DNA of 64,000 nt from a virus (taxonomy: Duplodnaviria; Caudoviricetes): the IMG/VR virus record IMGVR_UViG_3300036975_000017, positions 4,499 to 68,498 of that record. The stretch is one strand, 5' to 3'. A program made the translations under genes and the position numbers. Positions 10,026 to 18,827 of this stretch are shown piece after piece. Numbering within the stretch: the stretch's first letter is position 1; every line of letters starts with the position of its first letter. Below the pieces are notes generated by a model. The model searched no databases. It was not told the origin of the DNA and was given only the letters and a program-made list of their open reading frames with translations.

Positions 10026-10050
10026 CACAATAACATCGATAGACTAGAAT
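10022..10050 (+). promoter_or_regulatory. Sigma70-type promoter of the head operon
   Basis: TTGACA-17 bp-TAGAAT. Confidence 0.75.
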
Positions 10051-10103
10051 AGATTAAGAGCATTATTATCTAGCGCGCAAAAAGCGCCACTTAAAAGGTG
10101 TTG

Positions 10104-10131
10104 AACGCCCGACCGGGCGTTTTTTTGTTTT
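10104..10131 (+). terminator. Leader terminator-like hairpin before the portal start
   Basis: AACGCCC-gacc-GGGCGTT plus T-tract; duplicated at 29788-29815. Confidence 0.65.
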
Positions 10132-12654
10132 ATGGCACAAGACACACGACCAAGCCTTATAGCTCGCGCCAGAACCGCGCTTGCCCGCCGCATCGCACCG
10201 AAGCGCGCTATTGTAACGCGCAACGGTCAGGCGTTTTTTGTTTCCCCTGCGAATCGCCCTCCAGAATGGAATCTTCACGCCGGAGCGAAAGAAGAAAAAA
10301 GCAACGGGTATTATTCGAGCGTTGCGCCCTACGGCGGCGCGCCCAATCCGGCGGTATATCAGAGTTATGCCGAGGAAGGCTTCGGTGGAAATGCGCTTAT
10401 TTACGCCGCGATTATGTATAAAGCGCGCGCGTCGTCATATGTGCCGCTGCGGGTTTTTACCGGCGACGTTGAGGATGCGACACTTGTCACCGATCCCAAT
10501 GACCCGCTTGTTAGACTGACGGTGCGCCCAAATGATTACCAGTCATGGGCCGAGTTCATGGCGCTCAATATCGCCTATGAAAATATTGCGGGCGAGAGCT
10601 TCATTTGGATTGGGCGAGACGCTAACGGCGTGGCGAACGCGCTTTACCCGCTGCGGCCTGACCGGATGTACATTCTCGCCGAGGATAAGGTCGAACGCGA
10701 TTTTAAAACCGGCGAAGCTGTCCCCCGCCGCATCTCCGGGTATGCGTATCAACCGTCGGGGATGGCGCGTGATCGAGCAATGATCATCGAAACCGAAGAT
10801 ATTATTCATACGATATTCACAAACCCGGTTGACGAACTCCAGGGTATGGGGCATGGCTTTTCCCCCATTCGCTCAATGGCAAAGTCGGGCGACGTGGATA
10901 ATAAACTTACGGACTTTATCAAGCAGTTTTTCGATAATGGCGCAATGTTCGCCGGTATTGTGCGCGCACCGGATCATCGACTTGAGGAAAATATCGTTGC
11001 GCGCATTCGAGACCGCTTTAACGCGCTTTACGGCGGGTATGATAACTGGTCATCTGTTGCGGTACTTGACAAAGACTTAGAATATGAACGCATCGGGTTA
11101 AGCTTTGAAGAAATGGGGACTGAAAGTTTAGACCGGCGCAACAGCGCGAGGATTTTAATGCCCTTCGGTGTCCCTGGGGCGCTGATTTCTGAGCCATCGA
11201 GCCTTGACCGTGCTACGTATAGCAACCTTGAAATCTTGCGACGCATTTTTTGGGAAGATACCTTTAAACCCGAATTGACCGCCTTCCAAGATCAATTCCA
11301 GTTTGCGCTAAATTTAGATGAGTATTTTGTCCGCTTTGACTTTTCCGGCGTGCCGGCGCTCATGGTTGACAAGCCGGAGATGATAAAGGCAGCGACCGAA
11401 ATGTGGAAAACTGGCGTACCGGCGGACATCGCCTATCGCACGATGGGCGTTGAAATGCCGAGCTGGCCGGGCAGCGATGTATCGTTTATCCCGGTGTCAT
11501 ATATGCCATTTGGCGCGCCAATAGCGGCGCAAGTAACCGAGGTCGTCACCGATGACGGCGCGGTTGTGGGGATTGAGCAGGAAGAAGCGCCGCCGCCGAG
11601 CGATGATTTAAGCGATACGCAAATTCGCCTAATGCTCGAAATATTAGACCGCCTTCAGCAGGGATTGTACCCGCCGCTCGTGGCACAAGAGGCGCTCGTT
11701 AGCGTTGGTGTATCACCAGACCGCGCGCGGCGTATGGTAGACGGTCTTATCATTGAAGATAGCGCCAACGAACCGGGAGTCGAAAGTAAGGCCGTTGACG
11801 ACGCGCAAAAGCGGCGCGTCGGGCAAACGATACGAGACAGCGCCGACAAGTTCATCCCGGACTTCCTAGAAGAAGCGCGCAACCAGTTCGAGCTTGATAT
11901 GCGCGCGATACTGGCGCGAACGAAAGGAATCGAACGCGCGAATCTGGAGCGCAAACAGGCGGTCAACTATCAAGAATTGCTCCTAGACTGGCGGCAATAT
12001 TTGACGATGGCAGACGAGCGATGGCGTGAAGCGTTTGCGCCGCTCGTGGCTGCGGTTGTGTCCGAGAACGGTGAAGCGCTATCAAATATCTTCGGACTTG
12101 AGTTCGATGTACGGAATCTACTCGCCGAACAATGGTTCCAAGACTACCTACTCGAATTCGCGCAGCCGATTATGGACACGACTGAAAAGGACTTGTCGGC
12201 GCTCTTAGAACAAGCACAGCGCGAAGGGTGGTCTATTCAGAAAATCCAAGAGCATGTACAGACGCTTTTCAGGCAGTACATGGACGGTGGCTTAACGCCG
12301 GAACAATTCGAGTGGTTCGACTCGCGAATGCCCAACTATCGCAGCGAAATGATTGCGCGAACCGAGACGATAAGAAGTAGTAACGCCGGAAGCCTGGGGA
12401 TTTATAAGCAGTGGGGCGCGCCGTTCAAAGAATGGCTCGCGACTGGCGATGAACGAACGCGAGAAGCGCACACGGTTGCAGGTGCGAATTATACAGAAGG
12501 CGGTTCACCCGGTCCCATTCCAATTGATGACCCGTTTATCGTCAACGGGTATCGCATGATGTTTCCCGGTGATGCGTCGATGGGTGCGCCACCAAGCGAA
12601 TTCATAAATTGTAGATGTGCCGTTGTGCCATTTGGAGATTTTGTCAATGTCTAA
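10132..12654 (+). CDS. HK97-family portal protein fused to a MuF/SPP1 gp7-like head morphogenesis domain
   Basis: Portal core (LYPLRPDRM, GFSPI, FFDNGAMFAGIV, ATYSNLE); C-terminal IARTET...KEWLATGDERTREAH...FPGD...INCRC. Confidence 0.9.
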   Translation: MAQDTRPSLIARARTALARRIAPKRAIVTRNGQAFFVSPANRPPEWNLHAGAKEEKSNGYYSSVAPYGGAPNPAVYQSYAEEGFGGNALIYAAIMYKARASSYVPLRVFTGDVEDATLVTDPNDPLVRLTVRPNDYQSWAEFMALNIAYENIAGESFIWIGRDANGVANALYPLRPDRMYILAEDKVERDFKTGEAVPRRISGYAYQPSGMARDRAMIIETEDIIHTIFTNPVDELQGMGHGFSPIRSMAKSGDVDNKLTDFIKQFFDNGAMFAGIVRAPDHRLEENIVARIRDRFNALYGGYDNWSSVAVLDKDLEYERIGLSFEEMGTESLDRRNSARILMPFGVPGALISEPSSLDRATYSNLEILRRIFWEDTFKPELTAFQDQFQFALNLDEYFVRFDFSGVPALMVDKPEMIKAATEMWKTGVPADIAYRTMGVEMPSWPGSDVSFIPVSYMPFGAPIAAQVTEVVTDDGAVVGIEQEEAPPPSDDLSDTQIRLMLEILDRLQQGLYPPLVAQEALVSVGVSPDRARRMVDGLIIEDSANEPGVESKAVDDAQKRRVGQTIRDSADKFIPDFLEEARNQFELDMRAILARTKGIERANLERKQAVNYQELLLDWRQYLTMADERWREAFAPLVAAVVSENGEALSNIFGLEFDVRNLLAEQWFQDYLLEFAQPIMDTTEKDLSALLEQAQREGWSIQKIQEHVQTLFRQYMDGGLTPEQFEWFDSRMPNYRSEMIARTETIRSSNAGSLGIYKQWGAPFKEWLATGDERTREAHTVAGANYTEGGSPGPIPIDDPFIVNGYRMMFPGDASMGAPPSEFINCRCAVVPFGDFVNV

Positions 12655-12958
12655 CACAAACAAAGGCGGTATCGCGCAAGTAGCGCGATGGGTATCTAGT
12701 TTACTCGGAAACAATACGAATGATATTGACGCGCTTCAATCTGAGCTTGACGCCGAAGTGGATCGAATTAGCAGTGCCATACCCGGCGCACGAAGCGTTG
12801 ACTCGGAAGCCGCCGGCGCACTGAGTTCGGCACGTAATCGCATATCACACACACGCGTGAGACTGACAGCGCTTCGCAATGACCTGACGGCAGCGCAAGA
12901 GGAGTTATCGGATGCCGAACGTCGCCTGAAGCGCGTTGGGCCAAGCGAGTATAAGTAA
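12647..12958 (+). CDS. Coiled-coil head-region protein
   Basis: Heptad-rich; lies between portal and protease. Confidence 0.6.
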   Translation: MSNTNKGGIAQVARWVSSLLGNNTNDIDALQSELDAEVDRISSAIPGARSVDSEAAGALSSARNRISHTRVRLTALRNDLTAAQEELSDAERRLKRVGPSEYK

Positions 12959-14676
12959 TGGCGAAGTACGATCACATTGACTTTGTGCCAAATGATGGCA
13001 TGGTCGATGAAGCGGAGCGCGGCTTGGCTTGGCGGCGTGATTTCAATCGCGGTGGCACAGAGATAGGCATAGCGCGGGCGAGAGATATTTCAAATCGCGT
13101 CAATCTTTCACCGCGAACGGTGCGCCGCATGAAGGCGTATTTTGATCGTCACGAAGTGGACAAAGAGGCCGAAGGGTTCCGCCCTGGCGAAGAAGGCTAT
13201 CCAAGCAATGGACGAATCGCGTGGGCATTATGGGGCGGTGACCCTGGGCAAACGTGGGCAGAGGTGCGTGTTAGACAGATGAATGAGGCAGATGAAAAAA
13301 TGAGCAAAAAACACAAACAACGCGAATGCAAATCATTTCCCGCGTTCGTAAAACAAATCGATGAAGACAAAGGTATTGTTGAAGCCGTGGTTGCCGTGAT
13401 GGGCAACATTGACTACGGCGGCGACATTATTCATCCCGGCGCGTTCAAAAAGACGATTGCCGAGAACGGTAAAAAGGTGCGTGTGCTCGACAACCACAAT
13501 GCGCATTCGATTATGAATGTTGTTGGTATACCGGAAGACATTCGCGAAATTGGGCGGGATGAATTGCCGAGCGTACTGCTTAAAGAATACCCGGATGCAA
13601 CTGGCGGTCTGTACACCAAAACGCAGTATCTACTTGACACACCCGAAGGCGCGGGCGCTTTTGCGCGTATCAAGGCCGGTGCAGTAGACGAGTATTCAAT
13701 CGGGTATGATGCGATTAAGGTTGATTTTGACCAACGTAAAGATGGTGAAGACGGCACGATCCGCAATATTCGAGAAATCAAATTGTGGGAGTATTCGCCG
13801 GTGATTTTCGCCATGAACCCCGCAACGGCAACACTTGCCGCAAAAAGTGCGGTTGCGATTACGCCGGAAGGTATTATCGAGATTGATGAGAATATTTCGC
13901 TTGCCGACTGGAAGCGAATTTACAAAGCGTTCGAGAAACAATTTGGTATTACTACACCAATGGTGGGCATTATGACAGAGCAAAAACGAGCAATCCCCGC
14001 ACAAGACTTCCCGCTCGCGGCGCAAGACCACGCCTGGGATGGCGACGCGGCAGAAATGAGTATGCGGTTATATGCTGGCGGCCCCGACCCCGAAAATATG
14101 GATTGGGAAGAATACAGGCGCGGGTTTACGTGGTATGACGCGGAAGCGCCGGAGCTTTTAGGAAGCTACAAACTTGGTGTTGTTGAGGTCATCGATGGCG
14201 AGCCTCATGTTGTACCGCGCGGTGTCTTTGCCGCGGCCGGCGCGCTTGAAGGCGCGCGGGGCGGTGTAGATATTCCTGCTGTAGATGTTGATGGTGTACG
14301 TGATACGCTGGCGACATACTACCGCCGCATGGCCGAAGCGTTTGAGGACGAAGAAATTGTAGCGCCGTGGGATAAGACAATGCACGGCGATGAAGAAGAC
14401 GACGAAGAAAAACAAGTTGAAACGAGCGTAATGCACGAAGGCGTAATGCAGGCTATGAGTAATCTACATAACGCAGTGCAGTCGCTTGAAATGGCGCTCG
14501 CCGAGGCGGGCGCGGCAATGATGGAAGATGAAGACATGCCAGACGATGACATGGGAGCCGAGCCGCAAGCCGCACTCACTCCAGAGAAGCAGGGCGAGCC
14601 GGAGTTATCGACACTCGCAAAGCAACGCTTAGCAGAAATGGAACAACTGAAAAAAGAACTTAATTCAATGGAGTGA
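12958..14676 (+). CDS. Multidomain HK97-type prohead protease
   Basis: Central GIVEAVVAV.GNIDYGGDIIHPGAF, LDNHN, EYSIGY, LWEYSPVIFAMNP, with extra N- and C-terminal domains. Confidence 0.88.
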   Translation: MAKYDHIDFVPNDGMVDEAERGLAWRRDFNRGGTEIGIARARDISNRVNLSPRTVRRMKAYFDRHEVDKEAEGFRPGEEGYPSNGRIAWALWGGDPGQTWAEVRVRQMNEADEKMSKKHKQRECKSFPAFVKQIDEDKGIVEAVVAVMGNIDYGGDIIHPGAFKKTIAENGKKVRVLDNHNAHSIMNVVGIPEDIREIGRDELPSVLLKEYPDATGGLYTKTQYLLDTPEGAGAFARIKAGAVDEYSIGYDAIKVDFDQRKDGEDGTIRNIREIKLWEYSPVIFAMNPATATLAAKSAVAITPEGIIEIDENISLADWKRIYKAFEKQFGITTPMVGIMTEQKRAIPAQDFPLAAQDHAWDGDAAEMSMRLYAGGPDPENMDWEEYRRGFTWYDAEAPELLGSYKLGVVEVIDGEPHVVPRGVFAAAGALEGARGGVDIPAVDVDGVRDTLATYYRRMAEAFEDEEIVAPWDKTMHGDEEDDEEKQVETSVMHEGVMQAMSNLHNAVQSLEMALAEAGAAMMEDEDMPDDDMGAEPQAALTPEKQGEPELSTLAKQRLAEMEQLKKELNSME

Positions 14677-14681
14677 GTGAA

Positions 14682-16043
14682 ATGAGTGACACACAAGGTC
14701 ATGAGTTTCTGCTGAAGGCGCAAGGCTTGATGCAAGAGGCGGAGGCGGTTTATGCCGACCCTACCGCAAGCGCTGAAGCTTTTGCCGAGGCAGAAAAGAA
14801 AGTTGAAGAAGTGAAGACGCTCAAGAAACGCGCGTCTCGCCTTATCGAAGCCGGCAAGCTGATGAATGAGCTTAACGGTGAAATTAAACGCACACACAAA
14901 CCCGGCACGCCCAATATGGGTTTCCCGACGCTTGGGCATTTTGTGAGTGCGACGCTTCAAGCCGGTAATATGCGGCGAATGCAGATGAATTTGCCCGTTG
15001 ACCCGCGCTTGATGAAATACGCCTATCGCACCGACAGTAAAGAAACTGAACGCTTCGTCAAGGTTCATCAGCCCGGCGCGGGTGTTGAATCGGGTTGGGG
15101 AACGAAAGACTTGGGCGAAAGCGTGGGCAGCGCGGGCGGTTTCCTCGTACCTGAAGAATTCCTTCCCGACCTGTACGGCGTCGGTTCTGAACGCACAGCC
15201 GTGCGGTCGCGCGCAACTGTTATCCCGATGTCGCGTCGTTCGATCCGCATTCCCGTGCTCGACCAAACCGGCACAAGCAGCAATGCGCCGAATTTCTTCG
15301 GCGGTATTCAACCCGTTTGGACTGAAGAGGCGACATCGAAAGACGAAACCGATCCGTCGTTCCGGCAAATCGAATTGGTGGCGCACAAACTGACCTGCTA
15401 TACCGAAGTTTCCGACGAACTGGTGGAAGACGCGGTGATTTCGTTCGACGCCTTCCTACGCGGCCCGTTGGGTTTCGCAGGGGCAATCGCATGGACCGAA
15501 GAATACGCCTTCTTGCAGGGAACCGGCACGGGGCAACCGCTTGGCGTTTTGAACGCGGGTGCAACGATTACGGTCAACCGGCAAGCTGATGGTGAATTCC
15601 GACTCGAAGATGCGGCGAATATGCTCGAAAGCTTCTTGCCTTCTTCGACGGGTAACGCCGTATGGATGATGTCGCAGTCAGCAATGTCTGAGCTTATCAC
15701 GATGAACGGACCCGCCGGCAACCCGTCTTACGTCTTCGTGGCGAACGCAAGCGCTGCCGCACCGATGACGCTGCTCGGATACCCGATCATCTTTACCGAA
15801 AAGCTTCCGGTGCAAGGTTCGACCGGCGATGTGCTTTTGGCGGATTGGTCGTACTACCTCATCGGCGACCGCAAAGAGGTCACAATCGAATCGACCAACG
15901 TCTATAAGTTCCAGACTGACCAAACGTCCTGGCGTGCGGTTCACCGCGTAGACGGGCAACCGTGGCTCTCACAGCCCTTGACCCTGGCGGACGGCACGAG
16001 CCAAGTTTCGCCGTTTGTCATCTTGGGTGAGAAGGCGAGCTAA
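14682..16043 (+). CDS. Major capsid protein, HK97 fold
   Basis: N-terminal helical delta-like region, GGFLVPEEF, WTEE..SKDETDPSF, FLQGTGTGQPLG, LLGYPIIFTE, ADWSYY, RAVHRVDG. Confidence 0.93.
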   Translation: MSDTQGHEFLLKAQGLMQEAEAVYADPTASAEAFAEAEKKVEEVKTLKKRASRLIEAGKLMNELNGEIKRTHKPGTPNMGFPTLGHFVSATLQAGNMRRMQMNLPVDPRLMKYAYRTDSKETERFVKVHQPGAGVESGWGTKDLGESVGSAGGFLVPEEFLPDLYGVGSERTAVRSRATVIPMSRRSIRIPVLDQTGTSSNAPNFFGGIQPVWTEEATSKDETDPSFRQIELVAHKLTCYTEVSDELVEDAVISFDAFLRGPLGFAGAIAWTEEYAFLQGTGTGQPLGVLNAGATITVNRQADGEFRLEDAANMLESFLPSSTGNAVWMMSQSAMSELITMNGPAGNPSYVFVANASAAAPMTLLGYPIIFTEKLPVQGSTGDVLLADWSYYLIGDRKEVTIESTNVYKFQTDQTSWRAVHRVDGQPWLSQPLTLADGTSQVSPFVILGEKAS

Positions 16044-16057
16044 GGAGGATATGAATA

Positions 16058-16507
16058 ATGGCTTACACAAACCGATTTAGCGAAGTCCACGAACCGATTG
16101 CGTACTTCCAACCTGGACAGCGCAACCCGCAGACCGAAGCATCGGCGTGGATCAATGTAGAAAACTATCATCGCCTCGTGGCGGTGGTACAGGCCGGCGC
16201 GATGGATGCCGGTGCAACCTTCGCCGTGACGATCCGCGAGGCGACCGACGCCGCAGGTACGAACGCCGGGACAATCACCGGTAAAACCGTCACCTTGACG
16301 CAGGCGGGCGGCGACGCCAACCAAGCGCCTACGGTTATCGAAGTGCGCGGCGAAGAATTCAGCAACAACGGTTCGCTGAAATACAACTTCGTGCAGTTAC
16401 AGGGCGTGACCGCCGTCAACAACGTCAACTACTCGATCATCCTGTACGGCATTTGCAAGCGCTATGTGCCCGTTGCAACGTCTTCGTGGAACTCTATCAC
16501 CGATTAG
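16058..16507 (+). CDS. Putative capsid accessory/decoration protein
   Basis: 149-aa beta-rich ORF with AGGAGG SD immediately after the MCP. Confidence 0.55.
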   Translation: MAYTNRFSEVHEPIAYFQPGQRNPQTEASAWINVENYHRLVAVVQAGAMDAGATFAVTIREATDAAGTNAGTITGKTVTLTQAGGDANQAPTVIEVRGEEFSNNGSLKYNFVQLQGVTAVNNVNYSIILYGICKRYVPVATSSWNSITD

Positions 16508-16522
16508 CGCGGGTATCAGTTG

Positions 16523-16547
16523 GGGGTAGCTTTCGGGTTGCCCCCGT
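16523..16547 (+). terminator. GC-rich hairpin after the capsid genes
   Basis: GGGGGTAGC-loop-GTTGCCCCC; weak U-tract. Confidence 0.4.
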
Positions 16548-16561
16548 TAGGATATTTCTAA

Positions 16562-17197
16562 ATGCCATATCTTATCCTCACCAGCACTCAATACGTTGTG
16601 CATAATGGCAAGACGATTAGGCTTAAGCCGGGGGATGGTTTTAATCTCAAAAGCAATCAAGTTGCTAAAGAGTGGCTTGAGAAGGGCTTAGCGGAGCTTC
16701 CTCCTAAATACCACGGTGGGCTAGAATCTGTTTATGAGTCCGGTATCGTCGTAAAGGGTGACACTAGCGCACTTCCCCCTGAAGTAGATCGCGCGGTATC
16801 GTTTAGCGGCAACTATCTACAATTTGAATTTACTTGCTTTTGGGATCAATCAGAACTCCCCGCACTGCGTACCGATTTACTCCCCGTCGGCTTCAATCTA
16901 CTCAAAACGTGGCAGCTTGCTATACCGCTTTATGACTATGACGTGCTGGCATGTGACATTGCTGGCGACGAACTAAAGGCGATAATCCGGGACCTGCGCG
17001 TACCACTCTACGACCCGCGCTTTTTCTTTGTGCGACGCTGCGACGATACCCGTGCATTGCTGTCGCGTTATGACGAGTTGTGTGCCGAGCAAGATAGCCG
17101 CGTGGCGATGCTACAAGCAATCTATGAACACAAGCCTTTACTAAGCGCACTTCCGACAACCTGGACGTGCGGAAGGGATGTTATAGGTGAGTTATAA
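16562..17197 (+). CDS. Small N-terminal domain plus degenerate GT-A-like domain
   Basis: C-terminal part aligns by eye with the GT-A proteins at 17546 and 18828 but lacks the LDADT motif. Confidence 0.5.
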   Translation: MPYLILTSTQYVVHNGKTIRLKPGDGFNLKSNQVAKEWLEKGLAELPPKYHGGLESVYESGIVVKGDTSALPPEVDRAVSFSGNYLQFEFTCFWDQSELPALRTDLLPVGFNLLKTWQLAIPLYDYDVLACDIAGDELKAIIRDLRVPLYDPRFFFVRRCDDTRALLSRYDELCAEQDSRVAMLQAIYEHKPLLSALPTTWTCGRDVIGEL

Positions 17198-17549
17198 ACT
17201 TGATAAAATATGCGATGCGTTGGGGACATGGGAGTACGAAATACGATGCCCTGTATGTAAACTTGATTTAATGGCGAGAGATTTTGAGCGCTTCTTTTGC
17301 AAATGTCCCAACGGTTGCACGGAAAGCGATGCCGAAGCCTACAAATCGGTTCCCAATACATGGACACTAGAAGTTATTTCAGGTTTTCTTGAGGCGCTTA
17401 CGAATAAAGGCTTTAAATGGCAGTTATCGCACGATGGTAGCGAGTTTATCATGTGCATAGAGCGCGATGGCCGTAAAACAGAAATTCAGGATTATTATCT
17501 TCGAGACGCTATTCTTTTTGCCATCGGGGAAGCTGTTGATAAAGAATGA
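17187..17549 (+). CDS. Hypothetical protein (Cys-rich, possible Zn ribbon)
   Basis: CPVC...CKCPNGC. Confidence 0.55.
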   Translation: MSYKLDKICDALGTWEYEIRCPVCKLDLMARDFERFFCKCPNGCTESDAEAYKSVPNTWTLEVISGFLEALTNKGFKWQLSHDGSEFIMCIERDGRKTEIQDYYLRDAILFAIGEAVDKE

Positions 17550-18154
17550 GCACGAAAGGGGTAGTATACATTGCCATCGGCGACAAAGCCAAGCGCGAAC
17601 TTAAGCAATCTCAGCACTCCCTAACCCGTAGTAATCCCACGCTTGACGTTTGCGTTTGGTCTGAGCAACAAATCGCCGACTATTCCCCGGTGCAACTTTC
17701 CCGCTACGCAAAAATGACACTGCTCGACTGGTCACCCTTTGAACACACGCTGTACCTTGACGCCGACACGCGCGTATTTCGAGACCTGACCCCCGGTTTT
17801 GAAATACTGCGCGACGGCTTTGATTTAGTGATTGCGCCTTCATCGCAGCAGGGCAGCGACTTTCTTTGGCATATCGACGATGAAGACCGTGCGGCGACGA
17901 TTGAGGCACTACATACTAACGAAGTGCTACAGTTACAAGCCGGCGTGTTTTTTGTGGCGCGTAACGCGCGTACTAAACATTTTTTCAACGTGTGGTATAA
18001 TGAGTGGAAACGGTTTAAGGATCAGGATCAGGGCGCTTTGTTACGCGCCTTACAGCTTGCGCCGCTGAAGATATGGCTACTGGGGCGGTTGTGGAATGAC
18101 AATCGACGCGGCAAAGGCGCGGTGATTGAACATTGGTTCGGGAGGGCGCGGTAA
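17546..18154 (+). CDS. Glycosyltransferase, GT-A fold (GT8/nucleotide-diphospho-sugar transferase-like)
   Basis: GVVYIAIG, TLYLDADT (DxD), QAGVFF, DQGALLRAL, WN. Confidence 0.8.
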   Translation: MSTKGVVYIAIGDKAKRELKQSQHSLTRSNPTLDVCVWSEQQIADYSPVQLSRYAKMTLLDWSPFEHTLYLDADTRVFRDLTPGFEILRDGFDLVIAPSSQQGSDFLWHIDDEDRAATIEALHTNEVLQLQAGVFFVARNARTKHFFNVWYNEWKRFKDQDQGALLRALQLAPLKIWLLGRLWNDNRRGKGAVIEHWFGRAR

Positions 18155-18405
18155 TGGCAAAGATGGAAAATATCGAAGTTGAGGTATACACAAAAGATTT
18201 CATCCTGGTTGAAACAAATGGGAGTATGGCCCTATGGCGAATTGATGAAATACAATCAATATGGGCAAGCGAAGGCGGCTTAATGTTTGGGGTGCGCTTC
18301 ATTGATGGGCACGAAGAAGAATTTAGCTTTCGTAATATCGAAACACCCTATGAAATATTAAGCGATATAGTGGCGGCGCTTGAAAACCGCGTTGTTGTTC
18401 CATGA
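18154..18405 (+). CDS. Hypothetical protein
   Basis: TAATG-coupled ORF. Confidence 0.5.
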   Translation: MAKMENIEVEVYTKDFILVETNGSMALWRIDEIQSIWASEGGLMFGVRFIDGHEEEFSFRNIETPYEILSDIVAALENRVVVP

Positions 18406-18635
18406 ACTTCCTACTTAGACTGCTGAGGCGCTTTATGAAAAAAGTGTACTTTATCGAAATCGGCAATGACCAATACGCGATTAACCTGCGCGCCGTTGAG
18501 ACGGTGTTTTTCAACGACACAGCACAACAGACAACAATCATCACGTCTAACAATAGCGTGGTGGTCACAGACGACGGCACGCTGTTTAAGGACATATCGG
18601 CACAGGTGCAAGCGGTAGCGGAGGAAAAGCAATGA
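18402..18635 (+). CDS. Hypothetical protein
   Basis: YAINLRAVETV pattern; coupled. Confidence 0.5.
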   Translation: MNFLLRLLRRFMKKVYFIEIGNDQYAINLRAVETVFFNDTAQQTTIITSNNSVVVTDDGTLFKDISAQVQAVAEEKQ

Positions 18636-18823
18636 CTGAGTTTGAAGAACTGCTTTGCGAAAAGCTGGGTATTGACCCGGCGCAGACAAAAGAGGTTATC
18701 CTTACCGTGCGTGCTGGTGAACCGCTTATACATGTTAGTGTGAATATGGCGATATACGATGACGACGAACTAAGTGAAGCCTTTGAAAGGTTTAGGTTCG
18801 AGGTAGTGAAAGAAAGCGAGTAG
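18632..18823 (+). CDS. Hypothetical protein
   Basis: ATGA-coupled small acidic ORF. Confidence 0.55.
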   Translation: MTEFEELLCEKLGIDPAQTKEVILTVRAGEPLIHVSVNMAIYDDDELSEAFERFRFEVVKESE

Positions 18824-18827
18824 CGTA

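Noticed and set aside
12300-12654. MuF polymorphic toxin
   Set aside because: The ORF ends right after the MuF CRC motif; no toxin domain or immunity gene.
14319-15386. 355-aa minus-strand ORF
   Set aside because: Antisense shadow of the protease and capsid genes with no motifs.
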